This document shows positions 28,964 to 39,373 of a stretch of 64,000 nucleotides of DNA, piece by piece. Position numbers and translations under genes: made by a program. Each line of letters starts with the position of its first letter. Position 1 is the stretch's first letter. Origin of the DNA: Bacteroidales bacterium (lineage in GTDB: Bacteria; Bacteroidota; Bacteroidia; Bacteroidales; DTU049); contig JAOAAK010000015.1 in assembly GCA_026418905.1 (NCBI GenBank), positions 10,595-74,594 of the forward strand. The letters run 5' to 3'. A model generated the notes under the pieces. It was not told where the DNA came from. It did no database searches and saw nothing but the letters and a program-made list of their open reading frames with translations.

Positions 28964-30805
28964 ATGTGTGGGATTGTTGGATATATAGGTTACAGGCAAG
29001 CATATCCCATTTTAATCAATGGGCTTTACAGACTTGAATACAGAGGTTATGATAGTGCTGGAATAGCTCTTTTGAACGAAAAAATCCAAATACATAAAAA
29101 AAGGGGGAAAGTCAAGGATTTAGAAAACATGATTAAAGACTTGGATCTGCGAGGAACTCTTGGCATTGCCCACACGCGTTGGGCAACTCATGGCGAGCCT
29201 AACGACGAAAATGCTCATCCTCATTTTTCTCAAAGTCAAAAAATGGCGATTATTCATAATGGAATAATTGAAAATTATAACTCCCTTAAGGAGGAACTTA
29301 TCAAGCGTGGTCATAGGTTTGAAAGCACAACTGATACGGAAGTATTGATACATCTAGTTGAAGACATCATGATTCATGAAAGAAAAGACCTCATAACTGC
29401 TCTTCAAATTGCATTAAATCAAGTTATAGGAGCATATGCCATAGCCATTATTTCAGAAGACCATCCAGACATGATCATAGCAGCCAAGAAAGGCAGTCCC
29501 CTCGTGATTGGCATAGGTAATGATGAATACTTTTTAGCTTCAGATGCCACGCCTATTGTAGAATACACCAGAAACGTAGTTTACATGGAAGATGAAGAAA
29601 TTGCTATCATTCCTCGACGAGGCGAACTCAAACTCATCACCATTCGAAACATCGAGAGAACTCCCTATATTCAGCAATTAGAGCTAAGTCTAAGCGCTAT
29701 TGAAAAGGGTGGTTTTCCACATTTCATGCTCAAAGAAATTTACGAACAACCCAATTCTGTCAGAGATAGTATGCGTGGCCGATTAAGATTGGAGGACAGC
29801 AAAATCCAATTGGGAGGTATCATAGACTATAAGCAAAAAATGCTTTCTGCCAAACGCTTTATCATAGTTGGATGTGGCACATCATGGCATGCAGGACTGG
29901 TCGGTGAATATTTGCTCGAAGACCTTGCTCGTATACCCGTAGAAGTTGAATATGCATCAGAGTTTAGATACCGTAATCCTATTATCGATGAAAATGACAT
30001 TGTTATAGCCATTAGTCAGTCTGGCGAAACTGCCGATACACTTGCTGCCGTAGAACTTGCACGAGACAAAAAATCCACTGTGCTTGGCATATGCAACGTG
30101 GTTGGCTCATCCATAGCTAGAAAGACACATGCTGGTGTATATACACATGCAGGTCCTGAAATTGGTGTCGCATCCACCAAAGCTTTTACAGCTCAGGTAA
30201 CCGTCCTTACTATGATGAGCTTGATGTTAGGTTATCAGAAAGGATTGATCAAAGAATCAATTTTTCAGGAATATCTTCATGAATTAGACAAAATTCCCGA
30301 TAAAATAAAAGTAACACTCGAAAAAAATGCCGAGACGATTAAACAAATCGCTGAAATTTTTAAAGATTCTCGCAATTTCCTCTATTTAGGTAGGGGCTAC
30401 AATTTTCCGGTGGCTCTAGAAGGAGCTTTGAAACTTAAAGAAATTTCTTACATACATGCCGAAGGATATCCAGCTGCAGAGATGAAGCATGGTCCTATCG
30501 CCCTTATCGATGAAAATATGCCCGTTGTTTTCATAGCTCCAAGCAATGGCATTTACGAAAAAATCATTTCTAATATCCAGGAAGTTAAAGCACGCAAAGG
30601 TAAAATTATTAGCATTGTAACAGAAGGTGATCAAGCTGTAAGAGCTCTTAGCGATCACGTCATTGAGATACCACATACCCTTGAGTTCCTTCAACCACTT
30701 CTGACCACTATTCCTCTGCAACTGCTTGCTTACTATATTGCTGTCTTAAGAGGATGCAACGTCGATCAGCCTAGAAATCTAGCTAAATCAGTTACTGTTG
30801 AATAA
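28964..30805 (+). CDS. glmS: Glutamine--fructose-6-phosphate aminotransferase
   Basis: MCGIVGYIG N-terminus, two SIS domains and the C-terminal LAKSVTVE. Confidence 0.97.
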   Translation: MCGIVGYIGYRQAYPILINGLYRLEYRGYDSAGIALLNEKIQIHKKRGKVKDLENMIKDLDLRGTLGIAHTRWATHGEPNDENAHPHFSQSQKMAIIHNGIIENYNSLKEELIKRGHRFESTTDTEVLIHLVEDIMIHERKDLITALQIALNQVIGAYAIAIISEDHPDMIIAAKKGSPLVIGIGNDEYFLASDATPIVEYTRNVVYMEDEEIAIIPRRGELKLITIRNIERTPYIQQLELSLSAIEKGGFPHFMLKEIYEQPNSVRDSMRGRLRLEDSKIQLGGIIDYKQKMLSAKRFIIVGCGTSWHAGLVGEYLLEDLARIPVEVEYASEFRYRNPIIDENDIVIAISQSGETADTLAAVELARDKKSTVLGICNVVGSSIARKTHAGVYTHAGPEIGVASTKAFTAQVTVLTMMSLMLGYQKGLIKESIFQEYLHELDKIPDKIKVTLEKNAETIKQIAEIFKDSRNFLYLGRGYNFPVALEGALKLKEISYIHAEGYPAAEMKHGPIALIDENMPVVFIAPSNGIYEKIISNIQEVKARKGKIISIVTEGDQAVRALSDHVIEIPHTLEFLQPLLTTIPLQLLAYYIAVLRGCNVDQPRNLAKSVTVE

Positions 30806-30858
30806 TTTAACGAGGGTGACTAACTTTTTTTTATTTAAAACCAAAAAAATTATTCATA

Positions 30859-31704
30859 ATGATAAAAGTGCAAAAGTTCATTTACCCTTGCTCAAGTAAA
30901 ATCTTTTTTTCTTTTACTTTTTTCTTTGTTTTCCTAACCCTTCACACGCAACAAAGTGGTGGATCAGCATTCAAAAAAATTAAGTATTCTTATAAAATTT
31001 CAGACTTTGAAAATTTTGTCCGTAAGTATCCAGCATCCTCCTACACTTCACTAGCAAGAAAAAAAATCGACAGTTTGCGTGAAATATATCTTTTTTATGA
31101 TGCTATTGGTTCGTCCGATACATTGGCTTTCTCTAAAGCATTGAAAACTTTATCAAATGATTCGTTAAAACAAGAATTAGAAAATTATTCCATATCCTGG
31201 AAGAAGTGGACAGAGCACAAATTTTATAAAGATCCATCCCTGTTGAAAAATCTTTACAAAATCCCTATTTCGGACCTTTACGCCACATATGGTGATACTT
31301 CTTATTTTATTATCATTCACTTGATGTTAGATAAAATCAACGTCATACGGAAGAAGCATGCACGAAAAAAATTGGAAATGAATTACAAACTATCATACGA
31401 AGCACGTCGTCATGCTGAAGAAATGTGTCGAAGAAAGTTTTTCAACCATCAGGATTTAATTAGAGGTAACCCTATGGTTCGTGCGATGCGTGCAAATTTT
31501 CAAGGAAGTATGGTAGGCGAAAATATTGCTGCTGGTCAAACGACGATCGAATCTCTATTCGAAAGCTGGATGGCAAGCAAAGGACATCGTGCCAATATAT
31601 TGAATTCCAAGTTTAACCGAGCAGGTATGGGATTTACTATTTGCAACGCTCCCGGAAGCAAATTTTCTTACTATTATGTCAATCTTTTCGGCACGGAACC
31701 ATGA
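30859..31704 (+). CDS. Secreted CAP/SCP (PR-1-like) domain protein
   Basis: C-terminal CAP domain (ARRHAEEMCRRKFFNHQD...GENIAAGQTTIESLFESWMASKGHRANIL) and a hydrophobic N-terminal signal. Confidence 0.8.
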   Translation: MIKVQKFIYPCSSKIFFSFTFFFVFLTLHTQQSGGSAFKKIKYSYKISDFENFVRKYPASSYTSLARKKIDSLREIYLFYDAIGSSDTLAFSKALKTLSNDSLKQELENYSISWKKWTEHKFYKDPSLLKNLYKIPISDLYATYGDTSYFIIIHLMLDKINVIRKKHARKKLEMNYKLSYEARRHAEEMCRRKFFNHQDLIRGNPMVRAMRANFQGSMVGENIAAGQTTIESLFESWMASKGHRANILNSKFNRAGMGFTICNAPGSKFSYYYVNLFGTEP

Positions 31705-32675
31705 AATCGAAATTCCTTTTTTATCGACTAAGTTCAATGGGAGATATAGTGCTAACAACTCCTCTATTAAGGGTACTGAGAAAAAATTTTCCCGACGTAG
31801 AAATCCACTATATTACACGAGAACAATATGCAGATATTCTTCGTTATAATCCAAATATAGATCACCTATGGACAGTCGAAAAAAATCCCTTAAAAAATCT
31901 TGAACTACGATCTTTAAAGTTCGACTATTTTATCGATTTACATAGAAACTGGAGAAGCAAAACATTTGCTTTTTGCTTTTCATCTGCTTCGTATTCTACT
32001 TTTCCAAAACTTAACATAAAAAAATTACTTCTTACCCGATTTAAAATAAATTTTTTACCACAACAACACATCGTCGAAAGATACTTTAAAGCATTAAGAA
32101 AACTAAATTTAAGTTATGACGGAGAAGGACTGGATTTTTATCTACCACCTTCTTTTCATATCGATATTGATTTTAAGCCGTTTATAGCCGTAGTTTTAGG
32201 TGGAACATATTATACAAAAAAATATCCGACCTATCTTTGGTTAGAGGTAATAGATCATTTAACACAGCCAGTGGTTTTATTGGGCGGAAGGGCTGAAGAA
32301 GTTGAGGGGATTTTTCTTACAAAAAACAGTAAAAACAAGGTTTTTAATTTTTGCGGCAAACTAAGTATCGCGGAGTCGGCCTATTATATCAAAGAATCAA
32401 CTGTTGTTATCTCGCACGATACTGGACTTATGCACATAGCAGCAGCATTTAAAAAACCTCTTATTTCCATCTGGGGAAATACAGTTCCTGCTTTTGGCAT
32501 GTATCCATTATTTCCCAAGACATATCAAAGCCAAAGCATCATCGTTGAAACAAAAAATCTTTCATGTAGGCCATGTAGCAAACTAGGCTATCATCGTTGC
32601 CCGAAAGGTCATTTTAAGTGCATGGAAAACATTTCTCCCATGCGAATTGTTTCTGCTGTTTCAAATCTAATATAA
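31701..32675 (+). CDS. Glycosyltransferase family 9 (heptosyltransferase-like)
   Basis: YRLSSMGDIVLTTPLLRVLRKNFP and ISHDTGLMHIAAAF. The ATG at 31701 overlaps the CAP gene stop (ATGA). Confidence 0.85.
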   Translation: MKSKFLFYRLSSMGDIVLTTPLLRVLRKNFPDVEIHYITREQYADILRYNPNIDHLWTVEKNPLKNLELRSLKFDYFIDLHRNWRSKTFAFCFSSASYSTFPKLNIKKLLLTRFKINFLPQQHIVERYFKALRKLNLSYDGEGLDFYLPPSFHIDIDFKPFIAVVLGGTYYTKKYPTYLWLEVIDHLTQPVVLLGGRAEEVEGIFLTKNSKNKVFNFCGKLSIAESAYYIKESTVVISHDTGLMHIAAAFKKPLISIWGNTVPAFGMYPLFPKTYQSQSIIVETKNLSCRPCSKLGYHRCPKGHFKCMENISPMRIVSAVSNLI

Positions 32676-32726
32676 AATATCTAATTTTGGCTTAAAATTT
32701 GCTCTTGGAAGTTAAATTTTATTATC

Positions 32727-33116
32727 ATGCTCCAAACCATTATTTACATATTGGTTTTTTCAGTACACCCAGTTACTGATACTATATCATCATGGAAAAA
32801 CGTCAACGATGGTATCAGAAAAGCTATTGCAACCGGTGATGCTTCTCAACTAGCAACATTTTTTGCTCCAACGATACAACTTTCTATTCCTGGCAACAAA
32901 GGTGAATTTAGCAAAGTTCAAGCAGAGATTTTGATGAAAGATTTCTTTTCATCGTATCCCCCTGTTTCTTTCGAGGTAGTAAGCGAAGGAAGAAATGGCG
33001 ATAATTCTTTCTATACCATTGGTAAATATTTTACTCAATCCAGGTCTTTTAATGTTTACTATGTTGTTGAAAAAAAGGGTAATTCCATTCAAATGCATAT
33101 TTTAAAATTTGAATAA
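32727..33116 (+). CDS. DUF4783-like protein
   Basis: 129 aa. The pattern IRKAIATGDASQLATFFAPTIQLSIPGNKGEFSKVQAEILMKDFF resembles DUF4783, which commonly neighbours nadC in Bacteroidota (from memory). Confidence 0.65.
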   Translation: MLQTIIYILVFSVHPVTDTISSWKNVNDGIRKAIATGDASQLATFFAPTIQLSIPGNKGEFSKVQAEILMKDFFSSYPPVSFEVVSEGRNGDNSFYTIGKYFTQSRSFNVYYVVEKKGNSIQMHILKFE

Positions 33117-33121
33117 TTTGT

Positions 33122-33973
33122 ATGAATTTACCCCCCCTCAGTATTGAACAAATTATTCAACTTGCCTTGCGAGAAGACATAGGTAATGGTGATCATACTA
33201 CGCAAGCCACTATTCCACCTGGTTTTCGTGGCAAAATGGCTTTGTTTGTCAAAGAAAAAGGGATTATAGCAGGTGTTGAACTGGCACGCCAGATTTTCCA
33301 TCACATTAATCCTTCCATTGCCATTCAATTGCTTATAACAGACGGCAAGGAAGTACAAAAAGGCGATGTGGTTTTTATAGTAGAAGGACCTATGCAGGAT
33401 CTACTTTTGTGTGAAAGAACCACCTTAAATTTCATGCAAAGAATGAGTGGAATCGCTACACTAACTCATCAGATGGTAGAACTTATCAAAGATACTCCTG
33501 CTAAGCTTCTTGATACACGAAAAACCACACCTATTTTACGTCTGATTGAAAAATGGGCTGTCCGCATTGGAGGTGGCTACAATCATCGCTTTGGACTAGA
33601 CGACATGATACTTATCAAAGACAATCACATTGATGCAGCTGGTGGAATCCGACAAGCCCTTACCAGAGTTAAAGAGTACCTCGAAAAGAATAATTTGCAA
33701 ATTCCTGTAGAAATTGAAGTACGAAATAAAAAAGAAATCGAAGAAGTTCTTTCTTATGGCTACGTCCAACGTATCCTACTCGACAATTTTACTCCTGACC
33801 AACTCAAAGAGGCTGTTCAAATGATTAATAAGTGTGTTGAAACTGAAGCAAGCGGTGGAATTACACCTGATAACATTCGCCCTTATGCTGAAACAGGTGT
33901 CGATTTTATCTCATCAGGCTTCATCACTCACCACTACTCTAGCCTTGATCTGTCACTAAAGTTTGTTAAGTGA
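33122..33973 (+). CDS. nadC: Nicotinate-nucleotide pyrophosphorylase (carboxylating)
   Basis: QPRTase pattern LLCERTTLNFMQRMSGIAT...LDTRKTTP...LIKDNHI. Confidence 0.95.
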   Translation: MNLPPLSIEQIIQLALREDIGNGDHTTQATIPPGFRGKMALFVKEKGIIAGVELARQIFHHINPSIAIQLLITDGKEVQKGDVVFIVEGPMQDLLLCERTTLNFMQRMSGIATLTHQMVELIKDTPAKLLDTRKTTPILRLIEKWAVRIGGGYNHRFGLDDMILIKDNHIDAAGGIRQALTRVKEYLEKNNLQIPVEIEVRNKKEIEEVLSYGYVQRILLDNFTPDQLKEAVQMINKCVETEASGGITPDNIRPYAETGVDFISSGFITHHYSSLDLSLKFVK

Positions 33974-34015
33974 TTGAGCAATTTTTTTTACCTTTGTCAT
34001 ACTTGAAAAAACAAT

Positions 34016-34408
34016 ATGAAAAAGTTACTTTTTATTTTTCTCGTAAGCATTTTTTTCTTCCTTTCATGCGAAAAGAAGAAACAGGAAAAAATTCAGCAAA
34101 GTTGGAGACTCATTCGACTTTCTAAAGATTCTCTTGTGACATGGTATGAAGTCTGGGAATTCAACAATGGTAATATTCAGATGATTAAAAAAGATAACCC
34201 CCAGACTCCCATAGACACAACCGATTTAGGTAAGTATCATCTTTATGTAAAATTAGACAGAACTTATGTTGATATAGAAGGATTAAGCTATTTTTACAAA
34301 TACAATGGGCAATGGATGGTATTGAAAATGAATGATGAAATTCTCATCATGCTCTATGAAAAAGGAGAAAACTGGTTTTACAGAGAATTCGTACGTGAAG
34401 ATAAATGA
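34016..34408 (+). CDS. Hypothetical lipoprotein
   Basis: Lipoprotein signal MKKLLFIFLVSIFFFLSC. The stop overlaps the radA start (ATGA). Confidence 0.7.
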   Translation: MKKLLFIFLVSIFFFLSCEKKKQEKIQQSWRLIRLSKDSLVTWYEVWEFNNGNIQMIKKDNPQTPIDTTDLGKYHLYVKLDRTYVDIEGLSYFYKYNGQWMVLKMNDEILIMLYEKGENWFYREFVREDK

Positions 34409-35757
34409 GTAAAAGTAAACGAATATTTGTTTGCCAAAATTGTGGAGCTATATATTCTAAATGGTTGGGCAAATGTTCTCAATGTAATAGTTGGAATAGT
34501 GTCGTTGAAGAAAGCATAGAAACTTCAATTCGTGAAAATTTGCTTACCGACTTTAGGTTTTATTCACTTCATGACGTTCCTTGTGAGGGCGTAGAAAGGT
34601 TTGTTACTCAATATCAGGAATTCAATAGAGTCCTTGGCGGGGGGTTAGTACCAGGCTCTTTTATTTTACTAGGAGGGGAACCTGGAATAGGAAAATCTAC
34701 TTTGCTTTTGCAGGTTGCTCTTCATAATCCCGAACTTAAATGTCTCTATGTTTCTGGGGAAGAAAGCCTTTCCCAGATTAAAATACGTTCAGAAAGACTT
34801 GGATCAATATCAAACAACATTTATATAAGTAATGAAACGAATGTAGATCAAATTATCCAAGCAACTTTAAACCTAAAGCCTACCGTTCTTATTGTGGATT
34901 CTATTCAAACAGTATACAACCCCAAAGTAGAAGCATTTACTGGATCATTGACTCAAATTCGACAATGTGCTAACGATTTACAACGATTAGCAAAAGAAAA
35001 TCACATTTCTGTTTTTTTAATTGGTCATATTACCAAAGATGGAATGATAGCTGGGCCTAAATTACTAGAACACATGGTAGATGTAGTTTTGCAATTTGAA
35101 GGCGACGAACATTATGGCTATCGAATTCTAAGAACCCTTAAAAATCGATTCGGTCCTACCAACGAACTTGGTATTTTCGAAATGACATCAAACGGTTTAC
35201 GTGAAATAAGCAATCCTTCAGAAATTTTACTCTCTCATCGAACACAAAACCTTTCCGGTACGGCTGTTGCTTGTACTATTCAGGGAATAAGGCCCTTACT
35301 TGTAGAAGTGCAAGCTCTTGTTAGTTCTTCAGCCTACGGTAACCCACAACGAACAACGACAGGCTTCGATCCTAAAAGGCTTAACATGATTTTAGCTGTT
35401 CTTGAAAAAAGACTTGGTATGAAAGTAGGTTTTCAAGACGTTTTTCTTAATATCACAGGAGGATTAAGAATTGATGATCCTGCATTGGACCTTGGTGTTG
35501 CCTGTTCCATTATTTCTTCTCATTTTGACTTTTCTATACCTCCTTATGCTTGTTTTACGGGGGAAATAGGACTTACTGGAGAAATTAGGCCCGTCGATCG
35601 ACTTGAATTACGAGTTTCTGAAGCTATTCGAATTGGCTTTAAACATATCTACCTGCCTCTTGTAAATCTTAAGAATCTTCATATCAATCATCCTCCTGAT
35701 GTCCAGTTTATAGCTTTAGAACATCTTAAAAATCTCTTGGAAAACTTGCAAACATAA
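34405..35757 (+). CDS. radA: DNA repair protein RadA/Sms
   Basis: Zinc finger CQNCGAIYSKWLGKCSQCNSWNS, Walker A GGEPGIGKSTL, the KNRFG motif and a Lon-like C-terminal domain. Confidence 0.95.
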   Translation: MSKSKRIFVCQNCGAIYSKWLGKCSQCNSWNSVVEESIETSIRENLLTDFRFYSLHDVPCEGVERFVTQYQEFNRVLGGGLVPGSFILLGGEPGIGKSTLLLQVALHNPELKCLYVSGEESLSQIKIRSERLGSISNNIYISNETNVDQIIQATLNLKPTVLIVDSIQTVYNPKVEAFTGSLTQIRQCANDLQRLAKENHISVFLIGHITKDGMIAGPKLLEHMVDVVLQFEGDEHYGYRILRTLKNRFGPTNELGIFEMTSNGLREISNPSEILLSHRTQNLSGTAVACTIQGIRPLLVEVQALVSSSAYGNPQRTTTGFDPKRLNMILAVLEKRLGMKVGFQDVFLNITGGLRIDDPALDLGVACSIISSHFDFSIPPYACFTGEIGLTGEIRPVDRLELRVSEAIRIGFKHIYLPLVNLKNLHINHPPDVQFIALEHLKNLLENLQT

Positions 35758-35761
35758 ACCC

Positions 35762-36601
35762 ATGAATATCATTAAAGCTATCCCATTGATTCCTGAAATT
35801 TGGAAAATTGACGGAGGTGTTGCCTTTGGTGTTGTACCAAAAAATCTTTGGGCCTCTCTTTATCCTTCCGATGAACATAATTTAATTACTCTGGTTAACC
35901 GCTGCCTTCTTCTAGAATTGGCCGATCAACTCATACTCATCAATACTGGCTTTGGTCAAAAAAGAGATGACAAATACTATCAATACAAATTCATTTTGGA
36001 GCGTCACAATTTAAAAGAATTAATCCAACAAGCAGGTTATCATGTCAATGACATAACTGATGTTATTTTCACGCATTTACATGATGACCATTGTGGAGGT
36101 GCCACAGAAAAATTAAATGATAAGCTTAGACTAATATTTCCACAAGCTAATCATTGGGTTTCTCAAGAACAACTTTATCATTTTTTTCACGCCAATCCTC
36201 GCGAAAGAGCAAGTTTTTTCGAGGATAACATTCTTCCCATACTAAAACTTGGCAAACTAAAAGTGGTCCATGCGCAAGATTCTACAGTTGCAGGACTTCC
36301 CTACTTGCTTACACATGGACATACTCGAGGTCAACTCCTTCCTTATTTCACGTGGAAAAATCAAACTTATCTTTATGCATCCGACTTTATTCCATCCATC
36401 TCTCACATACAACCTGTTTGGTGTGCTTCGGTTGATACGCAACCTTTAGTTGCCATTGAAGAAAAAAAATTTTTTTTACAGAAAGCATTAGAAAAAAACA
36501 TTTTTCTTTTTTTTGAACACGACTCCATGAACGAAAGTGCTAAAATCCTCCTCACCGAGAAAGGCTTTAAAGGTGAGAAATTTTTATTTCCTAAATCGTA
36601 A
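35762..36601 (+). CDS. MBL-fold metallo-hydrolase
   Basis: HLHDDHCGG metal-binding motif. Confidence 0.8.
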   Translation: MNIIKAIPLIPEIWKIDGGVAFGVVPKNLWASLYPSDEHNLITLVNRCLLLELADQLILINTGFGQKRDDKYYQYKFILERHNLKELIQQAGYHVNDITDVIFTHLHDDHCGGATEKLNDKLRLIFPQANHWVSQEQLYHFFHANPRERASFFEDNILPILKLGKLKVVHAQDSTVAGLPYLLTHGHTRGQLLPYFTWKNQTYLYASDFIPSISHIQPVWCASVDTQPLVAIEEKKFFLQKALEKNIFLFFEHDSMNESAKILLTEKGFKGEKFLFPKS

Positions 36602-36631
36602 AATTTTGCATTTTTGGTAAAAGATTTTCTT

Positions 36632-38680
36632 ATGATTAGCAAAGAATTGATTCAGCCAACAAGTATTACCATAGTTGGTGCATCGAATGATATTAGAAAA
36701 CCTGGTGGGAAGGTCGTAAAAAATCTGCTGGATTCCAAATACCAAGGAAAACTGTTCGTAGTTAATCCTAAGGAAACCGAAGTTCAAGGCTTAAAAGCAT
36801 ATCCTGATGTTCGCTCGATTCCTCCTTCTGACCTGGCAGTTCTTGCGATTGCCGCAAAATTTTGCCCAGAGACTGTCGAAATATTAGCCAAAGAAAAAAA
36901 TGTTAAAGCTTTTATCATATTTAGTGCAGGATTTAGCGAAGAAAGTCATGAAGGTAAATTGCTTGAGGAAGAGATCGTAAAAATAGTTAATGAAGCTGGA
37001 GCCACACTCATTGGTCCCAATTGTATTGGAGTAATGACTCCTTACCACGCTTCCGTATTCACCACGCCTATACCAAAGTTGGAACCCGGTCAAATAGATT
37101 TTATCAGTGGAAGTGGAGCAACTGCGGTTTTCATCATGGAAAGTAGCATACCTCTTGGACTTAAGTTTTCTAATGTCTTTAGCGTTGGTAATAGTGCACA
37201 AGTTGGAGTAGAAGACATCCTAGAATATTTGGATCAAACTTATGAAGAAGGGAAAAGTGCTCCTATTAAATTACTCTACTTGGAAACAATTAAGCAACCT
37301 CAAAAATTGCTTCAACATGCAAGATCTCTTGTGAGTAAGGGCTGTCGAATCGCTGCTATAAAAGCAGGAAGTTCTGAAGCTGGTGGCAGAGCTGCTTCCT
37401 CTCATACAGGAGCGATGGCAACCAATGATGCAGCTGTAGAAGCATTGTTCAGAAAGGCAGGAATTATTCGATGTCATGGGAGATCGGAATTAGCCACGAT
37501 GGCTTCTGTTTTCAAATTTCCACGCCCACAAGGGAAAAACGTTGCTATCGTAACCCATGCTGGTGGGCCGGCAGTTATGCTTACCGATGCTTTGTCAAAC
37601 GAAGGTGTGCATGTTCCACCTATCGATCACCCAGCCAAAAATGAGCTAGCTGAAAAACTTTTTCCGGGATCCTCTGTCAATAATCCCATCGACTTTCTAG
37701 CTACCGGTACAGCAGAGCAACTGGATCATATCTTACATTATTGTATAAACGTATTTGATCAAATACATGCAATTCCTGTGATTTTTGGTAGTCCTGGACT
37801 TTTCGAAGTATACGACGCCTATGATGTTCTTGATAAGCACATAAAAACTTCACATAAACCAATATATCCAATCTTGCCTTCCGTCATGAACGTAGCCCGC
37901 GAGATACAACACTTTATTGAAAAAGAAAACGTTTTTTTCCCGGACGAAGTTATTTTCGGCAAGTGTTTTGCTAAATACGTAAATACTTTTATTCCTAAAA
38001 GCGAAGAAAAAATTCCTATGAATGAGGATTTAATTGCAAAAAGTTTAAATGGTGTAAATGGTTATATCTCACCGGAAAAAATAAGTTTCATTTTGGATGG
38101 CGCAGGTATTCCACGCGTGCGCGAAATAATATCTAACTCCGAAGACGAACTTATCGAAAAAGTTCATGAAATAGGATTTCCCGTGGTTATGAAAGTCGTA
38201 GGACCTATACATAAAACTGATGTAGGTGGTGTCGTGCTGAACATCAATAGTGAAAGCACTTTAAGAGAAGAATTCAAGCGCCTGATGCAAATTCCATCCG
38301 CAACTTCAGTTCTAGTTCAGCCCATGATAAAAGGTATTGAACTTTTTATGGGAAGTATACACGAAGGTGACTTTGGACATTTGTTGATGTTTGGTCTGGG
38401 TGGAATTTTCGTGGAAACACTAAAAGACGTATCCTATGGATTGGCTCCCCTTTCTCAGGAGGAAGCCATGTATATGATTCAGTCCATACGTAGCAACAAA
38501 ATGCTAGATGGCGTCCGGGGATTTCAACCTATTAACAAAGCTAAATTAGCTGAAATTTTAGTACGACTTAGCTGGCTTGTTAAGTTATTCCCACAAATTA
38601 AAGAACTTGATCTAAATCCTATTATTGCTGATGGAGATCAAATTTACGTAGTTGATGCAAGAATTAAAACAACATTATAA
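36632..38680 (+). CDS. ADP-forming acetyl/acyl-CoA synthetase (fused alpha-beta, CoA-binding + ATP-grasp)
   Basis: N-terminal CoA-binding domain (ITIVGASND..KPGGKV), phosphohistidine loop SSHTGAMA and a C-terminal ATP-grasp domain. I prefer the ATG at 36632 over the track start at 36614. Confidence 0.85.
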   Translation: MISKELIQPTSITIVGASNDIRKPGGKVVKNLLDSKYQGKLFVVNPKETEVQGLKAYPDVRSIPPSDLAVLAIAAKFCPETVEILAKEKNVKAFIIFSAGFSEESHEGKLLEEEIVKIVNEAGATLIGPNCIGVMTPYHASVFTTPIPKLEPGQIDFISGSGATAVFIMESSIPLGLKFSNVFSVGNSAQVGVEDILEYLDQTYEEGKSAPIKLLYLETIKQPQKLLQHARSLVSKGCRIAAIKAGSSEAGGRAASSHTGAMATNDAAVEALFRKAGIIRCHGRSELATMASVFKFPRPQGKNVAIVTHAGGPAVMLTDALSNEGVHVPPIDHPAKNELAEKLFPGSSVNNPIDFLATGTAEQLDHILHYCINVFDQIHAIPVIFGSPGLFEVYDAYDVLDKHIKTSHKPIYPILPSVMNVAREIQHFIEKENVFFPDEVIFGKCFAKYVNTFIPKSEEKIPMNEDLIAKSLNGVNGYISPEKISFILDGAGIPRVREIISNSEDELIEKVHEIGFPVVMKVVGPIHKTDVGGVVLNINSESTLREEFKRLMQIPSATSVLVQPMIKGIELFMGSIHEGDFGHLLMFGLGGIFVETLKDVSYGLAPLSQEEAMYMIQSIRSNKMLDGVRGFQPINKAKLAEILVRLSWLVKLFPQIKELDLNPIIADGDQIYVVDARIKTTL

Positions 38681-38692
38681 AATATTATCACT

Positions 38693-39367
38693 ATGAAAAA
38701 AATCCAAGTTATTTTAATGTGCGTTTTCGTTTATGGTGCAATTCATGCTCAAGTGAAAACTTTTTTTGGCAGTGGAATAGATTGGGCAATTTGTATGGCT
38801 CGGTTTGAAGACACTCTTTACACCACAATGGAGCCACGTGTAAGCTGGTGGTTTAATTTTTCTGAGTACTATCATGTTCATTTCACTGACTATTTTGGTT
38901 TATTTATCGGTGCCGGTATTCGAAATCTTGGCTTTATTGCTAATTATACAGATACTTCTTTTACCAAAAGGAAGTATCGTGTATATGCTTTCAAACTACC
39001 TCTAGGTTTTAAAATTGGTAATATTTCAGAAAAAAATGGTTTTTTTGTTTTATTCGGAGGAGACATAAGCATTCCTTTGCATTATAAGGAAAAATGGTTT
39101 GCGGGCAAAAACAAAATTGAAAAAATCAGTGAATGGTTTTCCCAGCGAACGGAACTATTCATGCCTTCTGCTTTTATAGGCATAAATTTTCATAAAACTA
39201 CTCTTCGCCTCCACTATTATCCGATGAATTTTATGAACAAGAATTTTTCTATTACTTCACAAGGGCAAACCACCAAACCCTACCGCTATATGAATAAATC
39301 CAATCTGATAAGTATAGAAATTGGACTTTCACTTACCAACTTAAAAAACAAGAAACAAGATAAGTAA
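38693..39367 (+). CDS. Hypothetical outer-membrane beta-barrel-like protein
   Basis: Signal peptide MKKIQVILMCVFVYGAIHAQ and alternating aromatic/hydrophobic strands. No family recognised. Confidence 0.65.
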   Translation: MKKIQVILMCVFVYGAIHAQVKTFFGSGIDWAICMARFEDTLYTTMEPRVSWWFNFSEYYHVHFTDYFGLFIGAGIRNLGFIANYTDTSFTKRKYRVYAFKLPLGFKIGNISEKNGFFVLFGGDISIPLHYKEKWFAGKNKIEKISEWFSQRTELFMPSAFIGINFHKTTLRLHYYPMNFMNKNFSITSQGQTTKPYRYMNKSNLISIEIGLSLTNLKNKKQDK

Positions 39368-39373
39368 GCAAAT

